Source: Gnetum montanum
Lineage: Eukaryota; Plantae; Gnetophyta
DNA length: 64,000 nt
Reading direction: 5' to 3'
Assembly (NCBI GenBank): GCA_015680685.1
Contig: MNCI01002485.1
Span: 1,126,914-1,190,913, forward strand
Both the position numbers and the translations under genes were made by a program. The notes below the pieces were generated by a model. The model was not told the DNA's origin and made no database searches. It saw nothing but the letters and a program-made list of their open reading frames with translations. How positions within the stretch are numbered: the first letter of the stretch is position 1; every line of letters begins with the position of its first letter. Below, in pieces: positions 1-13,727 of the stretch.

Positions 1-268
1 ACTTCTATGGATTCAGTAAAGTGAAAAAAGAAGAGAGAAAAAAAAAAGAGAAGAAGAAAAGTGCCATAAAATAAAAATCACTCCTCCCTTGTACTAAACG
101 CCAAGTGATCGTATGACTTGTTGTTATGGTACTCTCATAGTTGTTCATCATGGGATGAAACAATGCGATGTCACTGTTTAGAGGAATGGACTTGGTCTTG
201 ATCTTGGAATGACGGGTTAATATTTCACGCAGGATTCATTGTACCCTGAGTTAGATACCTCATGTCCC

Positions 269-2365
269 NNNNNNNNNNNNNNNNNNNNNNNNNNNNNNNN
301 NNNNNNNNNNNNNNNNNNNNNNNNNNNNNNNNNNNNNNNNNNNNNNNNNNNNNNNNNNNNNNNNNNNNNNNNNNNNNNNNNNNNNNNNNNNNNNNNNNNN
401 NNNNNNNNNNNNNNNNNNNNNNNNNNNNNNNNNNNNNNNNTTATTGATAAATTCCACACCATCATAATTTTCGTGCCTTCAAAACTAGTTGAATTACCCT
501 GGAACCATTTAGTCCATATGTCCTTAGTTTACATCGATTAATTTCAAAAGAAATATTAAAAATTCGGTACATTCTCTACGACTTGCGATTGCGCATCCCT
601 TGCTTTCATATCCACAACTCGCTTGTTGGTACTCCGATTTTCATTCGGTTTGAACCTAGAACCTGGAGTGTTCAGCTTAGTCGTGGGGGAGGGGAATAGG
701 CCGAATAGCGCATAAATTTTTTGAAATTCATCATTGCCTGAAGGACATCTTTAAGGGTAATTAGTTCTAACATTAAGANNNNNNNNNNNNNNNNNNNNNN
801 NNNNNNNNNNNNNNNNNNNNNNNNNNNNNNNNNNNNNNNNNNNNNNNNNNNNNNNNNNNNNNNNNNNNNNNNNNNNNNNNNNNNNNNNNNNNNNNNNNNN
901 NNNNNNNNNNNNNNNNNNNNNNNNNNNNNNNNNNNNNNNNNNNNNNNNNNNNNNNNNNNNNNNNNNNNNNNNNNNNNNNNNNNNNNNNNNNNNNNNNNNN
1001 NNNNNNNNNNNNNNNNNNNNNNNNNNNNNNNNNNNNNNNNNNNNNNNNNNNNNNNNNNNNNNNNNNNNNNNNNNNNNNNNNNNNNNNNNNNNNNNNNNNN
1101 NNNNNNNNNNNNNNNNNNNNNNNNNNNNNNNNNNNNNNNNNNNNNNNNNNNNNNNNNNNNNNNNNNNNNNNNNNNNNNNNNNNNNNNNNNNNNNNNNNNN
1201 NNNNNNNNNNNNNNNNNNNNNNNNNNNNNNNNNNNNNNNNNNNNNNNNNNNNNNNNNNNNNNNNNNNNNNNNNNNNNNNNNNNNNNNNNNNNNNNNNNNN
1301 NNNNNNNNNNNNNNNNNNNNNNNNNNNNNNNNNNNNNNNNNNNNNNNNNNNNNNNNNNNNNNNNNNNNNNNNNNNNNNNNNNNNNNNNNNNNNNNNNNNN
1401 NNNNNNNNNNNNNNNNNNNNNNNNNNNNNNNNNNNNNNNNNNNNNNNNNNNNNNNNNNNNNNNNNNNNNNNNNNNNNNNNNNNNNNNNNNNNNNNNNNNN
1501 NNNNNNNNNNNNNNNNNNNNNNNNNNNNNNNNNNNNNNNNNNNNNNNNNNNNNNNNNNNNNNNNNNNNNNNNNNNNNNNNNNNNNNNNNNNNNNNNNNNN
1601 NNNNNNNNNNNNNNNNNNNNNNNNNNNNNNNNNNNNNNNNNNTTTCAATGCTATCAAATCCCAGACCTGGAGCGCAAGAAAAGGGAAAGACACCTATGGA
1701 GGAGTCATCGCCACCAGGAAGTACATGAGTTCCAAATTTTTGTAAATATTCTGTGTGTTGTGTCTTTGTTTTGTTTTCTTCCCACACTGCGGCATCATCC
1801 CATTTTTTCCATCTAATAATCCCATACCTATCCACTATGTAATGAATGTAGCTTGTTCTCACTTTAACTTGAGGATGAGTTTTCATTCAGTCGTGGGGGT
1901 ATGATGAGACCTGAATTGCACATAGTGCTGGCGGCCGCATTAAGGCACCCATGTTGTATCCTGGGTTGCAATGTATCATGGGCCGTGATATCGCGTATGC
2001 GATATTGCAGTCAGCCACAATTTCTATAAATAAGAGGTGGCTCTCCCTCATTTCCATCCCAGTTTTAGTNNNNNNNNNNNNNNNNNNNNNNNNNNNNNNN
2101 NNNNNNNNNNNNNNNNNNNNNNNNNNNNNNNNNNNNNNNNNNNNNNNNNNNNNNNNNNNNNNNNNNNNNNNNNNNNNNNNNNNNNNNNNNNNNNNNNNNN
2201 NNNNNNNNNNNNNNNNNNNNNNNNNNNNNNNNNNNNNNNNNNNNNNNNNNNNNNNNNNNNNNNNNNNNNNNNNNNNNNNNNNNNNNNNNNNNNNNNNNNN
2301 NNNNNNNNNNNNNNNNNNNNNNNNNNNNNNNNNNNNNNNNNNNNNNNNNNNNNNNNNNNNNNNNN
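269..2365. other. N gaps at 269-440, 779-1642 and 2070-2365 (also 13092 and 20737-21142)
   Basis: Runs of N; the long gaps lie in the repeats that appear youngest. Confidence 0.95.
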
Positions 2366-2711
2366 AGTCGTGCACGAAGTCCAAGATGTGTACGGTTGAT
2401 CAAGGAATCGGTTGCTCGTCGCACTTAGGCTAGATTAGATTTTCTTACCTTTTCCTCTTAGTTTAGATTTAGTTAATATTATTTTCCACTGCCTTCAGGA
2501 GTAGCATAGAATTAGGAACACATCATACACCTCATCTAGACTAAACCATACGTGACATATGCAAAACTAGTCTAGATGGGAAGACAGCGAACTGTGACCT
2601 AAGGCTAACTAATCTAGATGCCACAACTAGTCCATCTGCGGAGTTCGACCGGATCACGCGTGCGACGCTCGTTTCGTATGGTTGAGTGTAGGGGTACCTC
2701 GCCACTCATCA
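1902..2711 (+). repeat. 3' LTR (~810 bp including an N gap), termini TGATGAG/CTCATCA
   Basis: 7-bp terminal inverted repeat; TATAAATA at ~2025; PPT immediately upstream. Confidence 0.85.
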
Positions 2712-3869
2712 ATGAAGCTAATAGTGAGGTGAGACATGGAAAGCATAGATAGTAGAGAGAGAAAGTGGAATGGGGTTCCTAATTAAGGTCACATGATGTC
2801 CCTTGTGAATTTTGTGGTTAGATAACCTAGTAAAATCCATCTTTATTCTAGACCAAAACCATCCACATTCAATGACTTCGCATTACCATTCTAAGACTAG
2901 TCCATCCCCTTAAGACACAAGAGTTCTCCCATAGAATAACCACTATTCATTATTGAAGAAGAAAAGAGAAGTAGGAAGTGAGAAAGGGCCTCAGTTAGAG
3001 GGGACCTTCAAGCATGGGTAACATGTCTTTCTAGTCCCATAACCAGTGCTTGTAGCCCATTTATTTTATCTAAGGGGTGTGCTTTGAATTTCCATCATTT
3101 ATTTTGAATGGGAACCACACCATGTAAAGAATTATTTGACTTCCTATTATTGGTCGACATGGAATGGTAAGAAATCCATGAAAACACACATGCATCCAAG
3201 TAAGCAAAAAGGCACAAAAAGTATTGAGTTCCCTTGAAGTCACATCCTATTTAAGCTTTTGAATCCTTTCCAAATATAAAAATCTCCAAGGTCACAAGTT
3301 TATTAAAGTTTTATTAATGAAAAATGGATTGCACATTTTCAAAACAAGGAAAACCATACAGTTTGTAAATGGGTGGATGTTGTGGACTCATTGCCTATTT
3401 CATGAAAAAGAAACCATGTCCTAGTTATCAGTAATAAAATTCAAAGCTAGAATCTAGACACCAATAATCAGATAACTAGATAGCACATGCCCACATCAAT
3501 CAAACCACACTTTGGCAATAAGGCATGTCCTTATTAAAACATGATAAGAAAATCACATCCAAATAAATGAAAATATAAAAGAAATTATAAAATATGTAAG
3601 AAAAATAAAATGTACTAATGATGTTGTAAAACAAAAACTTTTGAAAAATTAATAATGCAGAAAACAAAAAGGTGTAAGATAAAGAATGTATAAAACAAAA
3701 AGTTGTAAAAATAACAATGTGTAAAACAAAAATCAAGTAAAACAAAAAGATAAAAAATTGAGGAGCCACATATATAGTTAGCATGGATGGCCATCTCCTA
3801 TATGACTAAGTTAAAGGAAGGAGATTTAAAATATTGAGCAAGTTTTCCCATCCAATGAGGCATTTATTG

Positions 3870-6800
3870 CATCGACTTACTTAGGCTTTTGGAAAGGCTT
3901 GACTTGTATGTTGACCAACTACTTTTTGTTTGGGCTTTTAGGTTTGTAGATAAACATGGCACTAGAAGAAAAAGTTTTGTAAATGATATAAGGTCCTTCC
4001 CACAATGTTTGGAACTTAGTTTGTTGAAGTACATATGTGGGGTTCCAATAGAGAACCTTATCTCATGGTTGAAATTTGACTTTCCTAATTCTAAGGTCAT
4101 GGAGTTTTTTGTTGAATGCCTTATGGAACTCATTAGATGATAGGTCCATCAATTGATTTTCATCTAGCAAGTTGAGATTCATTAATCATTCTATTTGTAC
4201 TAGACTTAAGTTAAGGTTAAGGTCAAAGGTTGTTGAAAGTGTATGAAGATGAGATTGAATAGGAAATATGGATAATCTTTTATACACTAGTTGATAGGAG
4301 AATATCCTATAGGGACTTTCCATGTTGAGAGGTAGGCCAAAAGGGCATCATTGAGTTTTGTGCTCTAGTCTCACCTATATTTGCTAATAGTTCTCATTAG
4401 GATCTTTGTGATTTCCCTATTTCTAACACTAGCTTGATCATTAACTTGGGGGTAATAGCATGTTATTAGTTTATGTTCAACCCTCAAGTGTTGCATAAGT
4501 TTTTGAAAGGTAGTGCTTATAAAGTGGATTCCATTGTTAAAAATTAATGCAAATGGCACACCAAACCTATTACAACATTTTTTTGTACAAACTGAGTAGC
4601 AATAGAAGATGTACATTTGGTGACAACTATTGTTTCTACCCATTTTGTACAATAGTTAACAATGACTATGCTGTACACCTTTTCATTTGACATAGGTGTG
4701 ATGAGACCCATAAAATCAATGCCCTAGATGTTAAAGGATTTTGGTGGTTGGATTCATTTTTGAGGTTCCTCCATTTGAATAGTCATTCCATTATCTTATT
4801 GGTAGCATTCACAAGAGTAGACATATTGGTGAGCATCCCTAAAGATTATTGGCAAGTAGTACCCTACCATCAAGATATTAATGGCTATGCATCTTCCAAC
4901 ATAGTGCTCCTCATAAGGACCCTCATGAGCATCCTAGACATACCAATAAACCAAGCCATTGATGCACACCTTGTTGAGATGTCCGTTGATCTCCATGAAG
5001 TGTTTTACCTAGTGAAGAAAATATTACGTCTTTTAATGGTCCAATCCCTGTGGCATCTCTTGAGTGAGAAGATAGGTAAAAATGCCAACATACCATTTAG
5101 GCTCAGAGGAAAATTATTTAATTATTTCCCTAGAAAAGAGGAGTTCATTAGGAAATCAATTATATAGTGGATATTCATCCTCTTTGTTCTCCCATTGCAA
5201 TCCAGACAAGTGATCAAAGATCACATTCTCAGTTTCCTTTCAATCTACCATCATAAGATTGAATTCCTATAAGATCGTCAGTCATCATATGACATGAAGG
5301 CTCACCATTGTCTTGTTCATTAGGAAGTGAATTGCACTATGGTCCATGTGTACAAGCACCTTTTATCCAAGCACATAATGCCTAAAATTCTCTTGAGAAA
5401 ACACCACTATCATCAATTCTTTTTCTCTAATGGTGTAGTTCAGTTGTGCACCCATAATGCTTTAGCTTATGTAGTGGATATAGTATGGACATTTCTTATT
5501 ATCCAATTACATAAGTACAACTCCCAAGGCATAGTGTGAAGAATTTTTCATGACATAAAATGGTTTAGATAAGTTAGGTGCTTGTAGAATTGGAGTTTCT
5601 ACAAGTTTCTCCTTTCATTGTTGAAATGATTTTTCAAATTCCTTGGTCCAAACAAATAGAGCATCTTTCTTTGTTAGCTCAACCAATGGTTTTGTGATCT
5701 TAGAGAAATTATCTATGAATCATTGATGTAGCCAGTGTGTCCAAGGAATGATTGAACATATTTGATGGTTTCTCATTGGTGGGTAATTCTTTAGATGACC
5801 ATTATCTTTTTAGGGTCAACCTCAATTCTTGCTTGTGATATTCTATTTTCCAATATAATGCCTTCCTAGACCATCAGGTGACTCTTTTAGAAATTGAGTT
5901 ACAATTTAGTTTCAACACATCATTTTAGTACTTGCTCAAGGTGGTTTAGGGCCTACTCAAATGTAGCTCCATAGGTGGAGAATTCATCCATGAAGAAATC
6001 CATACCACTACCATTTTGCTGCTAAAAAATGCTTAAGACCAGGTGTTGGAAGGTGGTAGGAGCATTGCATAGACCAAAAGGCATCTTGCAATATACAAAG
6101 GTCCCCTAGGGACTTATGAATGTTGTTTTGGCCTAGTCCTCTAGCACAATCTAGATTTAGTTATAGTCATTATAACTATCCATAAAATTGCAAAAGCAAT
6201 ACCCATATATTATGTCTAACACCTAATAACCAAATGACAATGGAAAATGATCCTTAAATATTGTCAAATTCAGCAACCAAAAATTGATATAGACCTACCA
6301 CTTGCTAACTTTATTTGGCATAATCACAAGTGAACTAACATACTTACTATTCACAATGAGATAGATGAACCCTACCTTAAGGAGTTGTTCAGTTTCCTCC
6401 TTGATGATGTGCTTTAGTTTGGAATTCAATCATCTCTGGGGCTATCTCTTTGGCTTCATGGCTAGATCGATGTAGATATGATGCTGCCATATCCTATGAT
6501 CAATCCCTCTGAGTTCAAGATATGACCAAGAAAAGGCTATTGACCATTTTTTAACCACTTTTAATAGCATCTTTTTCTATTCTTGAGCAAGATTTGCATT
6601 GATTATTATCATATATCCATTTTTTAAGAATACATATTCCATGCCGATAGGTAGAGTTTTTAATTCAAAAGGCTCTTGCTTAAAATTTTAGAAATTTCCA
6701 ACCCTCGCCAATAGGTTTCATCATTTTCATTATTAAAGAGTTGGTGATGAACTTGCTCTAGTTCATCCATGTTTGTGACATACGTGCATGTTAGGCTTTT

Positions 6801-9200
6801 AGTAAGTTCCTTGCGAACTGTGCTACTTTCAAGATCAACAGTTAGCTACTAAGTGCCCTCTTGTTTTATGGCTACTCTGTATAGACACCTTTGAATATCT
6901 ACTTCTAGTGCACACTGCTTGCATGTAGAAATGGATTCTTGTTTAACAAAACAAAGCTTCTACACACAATTGTTCCTTGTATTACTATACATGATGCATG
7001 GAACTTGCTTTTTCTCAATCTTTTCAAATGCATTTTCTTTTGATATTTCTAGGGAAATATCTCTGATGCCCATTCTTGCATCAATGATGCTCAACCATGC
7101 ACTTCCCATGATGATTGGAAAATCCTCTTTGTAGTTCTCCACCTTGATTACTAGGAAATTAGTAGGATAAGACCACCCATAGATAGTGGTTATAATGTCT
7201 TCCATCAGTCCCAGTGAAATAGTGATGGACTGGTTTGCCAATTCTAATATGATATTACTCTTCTTGAGAAGAGGTAGGTTCCATGCAATATACATCTCGT
7301 GAGAAATCAGGTTGACATTGGAACCTAAATCAAGAAGAGTTTTACATGGTTCATTCCTAGCAATCTACAAATAAATAAGATGACTTCCAAGATGAGATAA
7401 TTTCTTAGGAAGGTCGCTAACATGAATCAAATTAGATACAACATGAGTAAGCATAATAGTATGGATCCTAGATGCTATGTTGTTTGAAGGGGACTCAACA
7501 GAATTAGGTGCAGAGAAAGATGGAGGAGCAAGGTTGCCAACAACATGTGTATTTGAGGGCTTAGGTGGATTTTTTGTTTGGAAGAAAGGTATTTCCTTTA
7601 ATTGAGTGTCGAAACCACTCGGTTGATGAGCTAGTTGTAGATTAAGGACCCTAGTAGCATTGCATTATTATAGTTGAGTTGGGAGTTCATCCTACATAGA
7701 TGGAGTAGGTAGTAGCTGTGTTGAGGATGGAGAAAGATGTGTAGGAATAGCAGGAGGAGGAGGAGGAGGATAAAATGTGGTATTCCTCCTTGAATGCGGA
7801 GACTAAGTTTGATAATATTCAAGAGGGTAGTAGTTAGGTTGGAAAGTAGAGACATGACTAGAAGAATCATGTGGAGATAGAGGTTGCTAAACATAATACC
7901 CATATGGATCAAGTTATTTATAAGGGTATTGCTACCTTGGTAGTGCCAATGCCCATGACTGTGGTTGCTACCACTATTGATATTGCTCATATGGTTGTGG
8001 TGGAACTTGGATAATACTATTGTTACTAGTGAAACTACTTGGAATTACCTTGGTGATAAGAAAACATTCTAGGTGTTTTCCTTTGTGTTAATTGTGGATT
8101 TAGAGCATACATCCTAGACTCTTGTAAGTGTGACACAATGGGGTAACATCCCTTAAGATGTTCATAATGGTAAATGTCACACCCATCATCATCATTTGAT
8201 TTGGTTCATATAACTTACTCTATTGGAGAAATCTTACTCTTACCTCTTTAATTAACACATTCAACCTCCTTGCACCTCCTATGATCATAATCACTACTTT
8301 GTTTTTTGGACTCTTCAGCAATTTTAAAGATAGCTTGAAATTTGCTATCCATAGAGTCTTAGAATTAATCAATCTTGGCCAAAATTTCTATAGTAAATTT
8401 TTGAAGTGGCAAGGTTTTTTAGTTCACCACTTCATGAAATAATGATTCTTCCTCGCTGTCACAAAATTGAACCTCCTTCTAGCAAATGGAAGAATAGAAG
8501 TTGTATTCCTCTATACTTTCATGTTTTCCTAATTTTCTTTCTTCTTTTCCTACTTCCTTAATAAAAATTTGGATTTGATGGCCTCTTAGTTCTAACAATT
8601 GCCCCTGCACATAGACACCAAGAACTCTCCTTGGTTCTAATTGGAGCCCATCTATGATGTGGTGAAGTTGCTTTAGTTGAGAATAACCATTGCTAGGACA
8701 TGTGTGCAATAAGGAATAGCATCCAAGGGTTCATGTGTCCCTTGTTTTCATTCTTGGATTTGCCTCTTCAAGTTGGACATTGGGGAGTACGTTTGATATT
8801 TTTCATTAAATAGTTCAAGTATTGTATTCCACCATATGATAGATTCAAGTTTTAAGGAAAAGAACTAGTTCTTTGCTTCTTTAATAAATTTCCTAGGGAA
8901 CAACTTAAGTTTTTTCCACATATTTTATATATTTTGCAAAGCACAAGAATTGTGGAAATCTTGGAGATGGTTCTGTAGATCTAAGTTATATCCCCCTTTG
9001 AACTAAGGAATATTGTTCATGTCTAGTCTCTTGATCCAAATATCCTTAATGTGCCTTATAGGGATTCTTACTATCTATATAATGTTTAGCACGTTTCTGG
9101 TTGCAAGAAAAGGCTCATTGAGGCCATGATTTTGGTTCCTATGATGTCCTATACTATCCATTTTTTCATAGCAGTGGGTCTCTCTTGAATACCTGCACCC
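3870..9200 (-). pseudogene. gag-pol of element A (many stops and frameshifts)
   Basis: PR LLDLGSNVNLI at ~7340-7308; RT MPFGLCNAP at ~6085 and FMDEFS at ~5990; RH at ~5560-5200; integrase core RFGVPFALIFNNGIHF...YYPQVNDQ in ORF 4371-4652. Confidence 0.85.
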
Positions 9201-10134
9201 CTAGTCTTGACTTACTTGATAGTCCCTTTGATAATTTTGGTCCCATCGATCACCTCCTTCATGATTGTGCCTCCTATGATTATAGTTGACGCTAGAAGAG
9301 AAAGAATATGATAATGAATGTAAAAAGGAAGGAGGACTAAAACCATCATAGTGCTTGCTACCCTCTTTTTGATGATCATGGCCATGATCACGATATTATT
9401 TCTTGTCTACATCCTTGCCCTGACTCGTCTCTTTGGATCCACCTTTGTTGTTGGATTCATTCTTGTCAGAACCTAGATTATGAAGCATGGACTATACATT
9501 CTAGTTTTGACCTACTTCACCAAAGTCAAAGAGAAGAATTTCACTAAATCTAAAATCCCTTGAGAAGGATTCTTCATCATCTTTGTGGTACGTTAGGTAT
9601 GGGGAACCATTCAATCACTTTTCCTTCATGGATTTGTAGCATTGTTCTAGCTGTTGATCTCTTAGATGTTGTGCCTTAGTGGGTTGATAATCCTTGGTGT
9701 CAATATCCTACATGATGTTCTTAGCATGAAGTCCTTGGAGACCTAAATGCATAAGAGTTTGTTGGAGCATTGTAGGAATGAATTGATTTGGTAGTAACAT
9801 AATGTTTTCCTCCATGTCATGCCACCACAATAGTTCATCCTAGTGTAGAATCAAAGGGAAGTTGGGTAAATACTCATTAGGATGAGTATATACCACTCTA
9901 TATTGTTGGGGTACCTATTCAATGTACTTCATCAAACTTAGGTAGAGAATCACTCCTTTGAGATGAAGATACCTTATGTTAGAAAAATAAAAATGTAGTG
10001 TGATTTTTAAAATTATTATAGTTATTTCAAAGTATGATATGACTCTAGGATTCATTCCAATGATTTGAATAATGTTTTTCACTAAGTTCTAGATAGTGTA
10101 TGTAAAAACTAAAGATCCCTAGCAATAGCATCAA

Positions 10135-10959
10135 TGATGAGTGGTGAGGTACCTCTACGTCCAACCATATGAATCACAAGTGTTCACACCTGATTTGGTC
10201 AAATTCTGTAGACCTTAAGTTCTTAAGTACACTGATTCTAGGACATGAAATCTAATTGTGACAATTTTTGTCTTCTCAACTATACTTGTGGAGCTTAATT
10301 GTATGGTTAACTATAATTGAGATGCATTATTTTTATTATTTTATATTTTATTTATGTACGATTAAGAATAGGTTGAAAATTAATTTATGAACCACTTTAA
10401 TTAATCTAATTACTTATTAATAACTAACTATCCTAACATAAGTATCCAATCCCACTTTTTGTGAACATCTTGAATGCATATAACATTGCTGGGTTATCAA
10501 ATGTTAAGCATTGTTGGGGTTACCAAGAGTCATATGCATGCTAAAAGTGATCATACTTATGTGCTTAATTAATTGCTACTATTTTATCTAATTAGCTTAC
10601 TTTGGCTTAATTACTTGGAAGTATTAAAGGAAATTACATGAAACATTGAATGCATAAATAAAATATTTAAGCTTGCCAAGCTACTACAAGGTTTGATTAG
10701 AAATCTCATCTTTATTTTCACACACTATCATGTTCAAGTACAAAAGTCCCTAAATAAAGAGCCATATACTTAATGACTCTTGCTATGGGCACTTTGGAAA
10801 ATATTCTTACTCTAAAGAAAACAAATTGCAAGAACTTTGCCATGTTATGATAAAAAATATATGGAAATCATGTGCCTAAGCACTATATTTATAGGTCAGT
10901 GCATACCTTGTGATATTGAATATTCAACATCACATGTTGGGGTTTGATATTGTGTATCC
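10135..10959 (-). repeat. 5' LTR of element A
   Basis: Begins TGATGAGTGGTGAGGTACC on +, homologous to the LTR ends at 2711, 20642 and 22363; TATA reverse complement at ~10890. The right boundary is set where C-family homology begins and is approximate. Confidence 0.7.
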
Positions 10960-11087
10960 GATACTTGAAAAGAAGGACCTCATTTACAAGCTCCTTAAAC
11001 ATCTTCATTTTTGTTAGCAAGTAATTTTAGTAGAGGTAAGTCTTCATCTCATTCAAACTTTCTTTTAAGATTATAATCCATTGTAGT

Positions 11088-11592
11088 TGTAATGTCCCAA
11101 CCCTTGTTAAGGTTGAAAGCAATTGTAAATAATGTAATTAACCTTCTAATGAAGGGACACCTCATTATGAGGAGTTATGATTATTCATGTATCCTTTGGG
11201 AAAGGATTTGACCTATGCCATTTAAGGTTGGGGTTAGAAGTTGTGTTGAGCATAAAGTTGTGAAGCCTAAAGAGGTAAGTAATGGGGGCGAAGTGGGACA
11301 AAAAGGGATTGATCATCCCTTTGGCAGGATAGCCTAACTGTGGTGGTAGTGCTAGATTGCCTCTAAGGCTTAAGTGGCATAGGAAGACAACCCAAAAGGG
11401 CATTACAATGCTCTCTTCCATTAATATAATTTTTTCATTTTCTTTGCTTAATTTTATAGTACCAATTATTTATTTACAAATTAATCCATTATTTAAGTAT
11501 TTATAATATTTTCAATATTATATCCACTAAAATGGTGAATGTAATAAATTAAGCGTTCATATTTTTATGACATCTGAGAATGGGATGTCACA
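11088..11592 (+). repeat. 5' LTR of the chromovirus
   Basis: TGTAATGTCCC...GGGATGTCACA; direct repeat of 19978-20487. Confidence 0.95.
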
Positions 11593-11594
11593 TT

Positions 11595-11606
11595 TGGTAT
11601 CAAAGC
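11595..11606 (+). promoter_or_regulatory. Primer-binding site, initiator tRNA-Met type
   Basis: TGGTATCAAAGC 2 bp after the LTR (canonical TGGTATCAGAGC). Confidence 0.9.
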
Positions 11607-11823
11607 AAAACATGATTCAAGAACCAAAGTGGAAGAAAAACCTTATTTTATTATTATTTTTATCATAAAAAATAAGTACATTTAAGAAAAATAACAATAT
11701 GGAGGAAAATATTATTTTATTTTATTATCAAGAGGAGTGAGAAGAAGTACATCTAAGTAAGATATAGAAAAGGAAGAATAAGGGAAAGAAGTAGAATGGG
11801 AAAATAAAGAAAAAAAACTATAA

Positions 11824-13727
11824 TTATTTGTTATAACTAAATGATTCAAGAATATCTATAATTATTTTTAATTGGTATTCTCTTTCTTTAATAGTAGCAT
11901 CTACTTTGCTAAGCACTGCTTTACATCCAGCTAGTCTATCACATAATTATTTGATATATTTGGTTGCACATCTTGCTGCAGTTGTTGATTCTTCTCTTTT
12001 TTTTTTAAGTTGAGTCTTCAACATATCCATCTATATTGATTGATCATCCATGTCCCTTTTCCATTCCTTCTCCTTTTTCTATAGAAACAAGATTTAAATT
12101 ATGAGTTATTAACATATCAACAAACAAAAAAGAGAGAAGAGAGAAAAGTGAAAAAATAATATAATAATAATAATAATAAAATATATTACCTAAAATTGAT
12201 CATTATTAATTTAAAGAAAGCATGCATGAGCATTCAGATGGTGAGCATAACATGTTGCACTTTCCAACTCTTCTAAGAGTTGCTCCAGAGTTTTTATAGT
12301 ATTTGGAGCATCCTCAGGAATTGGATGCCAAGATGATGGAAGTATAGCCTATACTAAATCATAATATGCTTTTAAATTGCATGACCAAAACTCCCATAGA
12401 TGATAGACATATGCATGACTAGAATAGGGTTTATTGTTAGAGATTTTTTCATTAATATACTGAAGAAGCACAAGTTCTTCTTCAGTAGCTACCATTATCC
12501 TTCCCATGGAATAAGATGAATCAGAGATAGAGAAAAAATAAATTACTATAATATATTTAGAAATTATTGTTGGTGCTACCTTTGAAAGGGAACCTCTTCT
12601 AGGTATTGGTGGAAAATAAGGTATAAGTGGTGAGCTAGGTGGTGGTGGAATAGGAGTCTGTGTAGAAGTAGCACCTACATCAACTCTATCCATTTCTCGA
12701 ATAAAGTACCATCGCTCCATAGACCTTTGCAACAAAAAAAATTTTAATTAACATTATACAAAGAAAAGAAAAAAGTATTCAAATTGTTAAATAATTAATG
12801 CCTACCTTTGGTTACTTTCCCTTATCACATCTTGAACTTTGTCGAGTTGGTTGGGATTGTTGTTGAGCCTATTGTCGGGTTGGTTGTCTTATAACTATTG
12901 GACCACTAGAATTTTTCCTAGTACATTACCTCTACAAAAGAAACTTATCAGAAAAATAAAAAAATAAAAAATATATATATAAAACATTAAAATTAGTAAA
13001 TTATATTTAAATATATGCCTTGGGAGTAGAAACTGTGACTTGTTCTTGTGATTGAACCATACCAAAGGTCAAAGTACCTTGAATTTCTTCANAAAATGTT
13101 TTTTGAGATGATCATAACTTAGGATCATACACATGATCAAAGGTATACAACATAGAGTATAGGATTTTAAAGAATGTTATTGGGCAATAGTCATTTCGGT
13201 CATAGTTGGATTGTTGTCTATACCATAGAACCTTGATACTAATGAATAGACATAATTCAAAGTAAGCATCATTAATGAAATGTTTACGAACAAATTGATT
13301 TTTTGTGAATGATGGAATTAGTAACATAATTGGATAATTATGTCTTATAAAAAGATTTAAATTATGGAGAATAAGTTGAAGGAATCAATGGATATTCTCC
13401 TTGCTTAAAGCCTAAGACTACTTTAATATCAAAAGGATTGATCGTTATCAATCCAAAACCTAATTAAAAAAAAGTACTTTTCTTATTATCATACTGCTCA
13501 AACCACTCTGAGAGAATACCCTTGCAATAGGAAAGTTTAGAAATTGGAAAAAATAGTAAATTAGCCAACCTAGAAGGGGTAAGGAACTAAAAATCATCCT
13601 TTACAAGCAAGCTACGAACTCAATCAAAAGCAGTAAGGACATTATTTTGGCATAAAAAAATATTATTAGGTAATAAAGAGCCACTACCTAAAGGGGCTTG
13701 AGGTGAATCTTAACATTTGGAAGCCAT
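11824..13727 (-). pseudogene. Antisense spliced accessory gene in the chromovirus leader: PMD-like N-terminus, low-complexity middle, coiled-coil C-terminus
   Basis: Hand-assembled exons 13727-13019, 12931-12806, 12724-12190 and 12078-11824. Introns are AT-rich, 81-111 nt, GC/GT...AG and all phase 0. Stops are mostly explainable as C>T changes of CAA/CAG/CGA; two 1-nt frameshifts are needed. Confidence 0.75.

Larger units (their letters stand above)
1..2711 (+). mobile_element. 3' non-coding internal region and 3' LTR of a young Athila-like Ty3/gypsy element (5' part lies outside the window)
   Basis: PPT-like TCGTGGGGGTA (1891-1901) is followed by TGATGAG...CTCATCA. Bases 1800-1905 match the reverse complement of 21225-21330 (element B 3' internal end). 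The LTR end matches the reverse complement of the LTR ends at 10135, 20642 and 22363. CpG is retained. Confidence 0.8.
2712..10959 (-). mobile_element. Athila-like Ty3/gypsy element A, decayed; its 3' LTR is displaced by the element at 1-2711
   Basis: Minus-strand order is LTR (10135-~10959), degenerate Athila-type PBS (TGATGCTATTGCTAGGGA vs TGGCGCCGTTGCCGGGGA, 10116-10133), gag, PR, RT, RH, INT, then a 3' non-coding region. Confidence 0.85.

Noticed and set aside
672-2384. Long minus-strand ORFs (404 and 165 aa), one with VLPGGDDS resembling an RdRp GDD motif (endogenous virus?)
   Set aside because: They are long only because they cross N gaps; the sequence is the 3' non-coding region, PPT and LTR of an Athila-like element, and no other RdRp motifs are visible.
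2664-2711. Hammerhead-like string on the minus strand (TGATGAG-hairpin-CGAAAC-GAGC-GTC)
   Set aside because: It lacks the C of CUGAUGA because TG is the LTR terminus, has no stem I, and GAAAC is not conserved in the homologous LTR ends (GAATC at ~10171, GAATAC at ~22400).
3500-3784. Hydrophobic 94-aa ORF (and similar ORFs at 22717-22926, 25266-25505, 37769-37954)
   Set aside because: Translation of A/T-rich low-complexity non-coding sequence.
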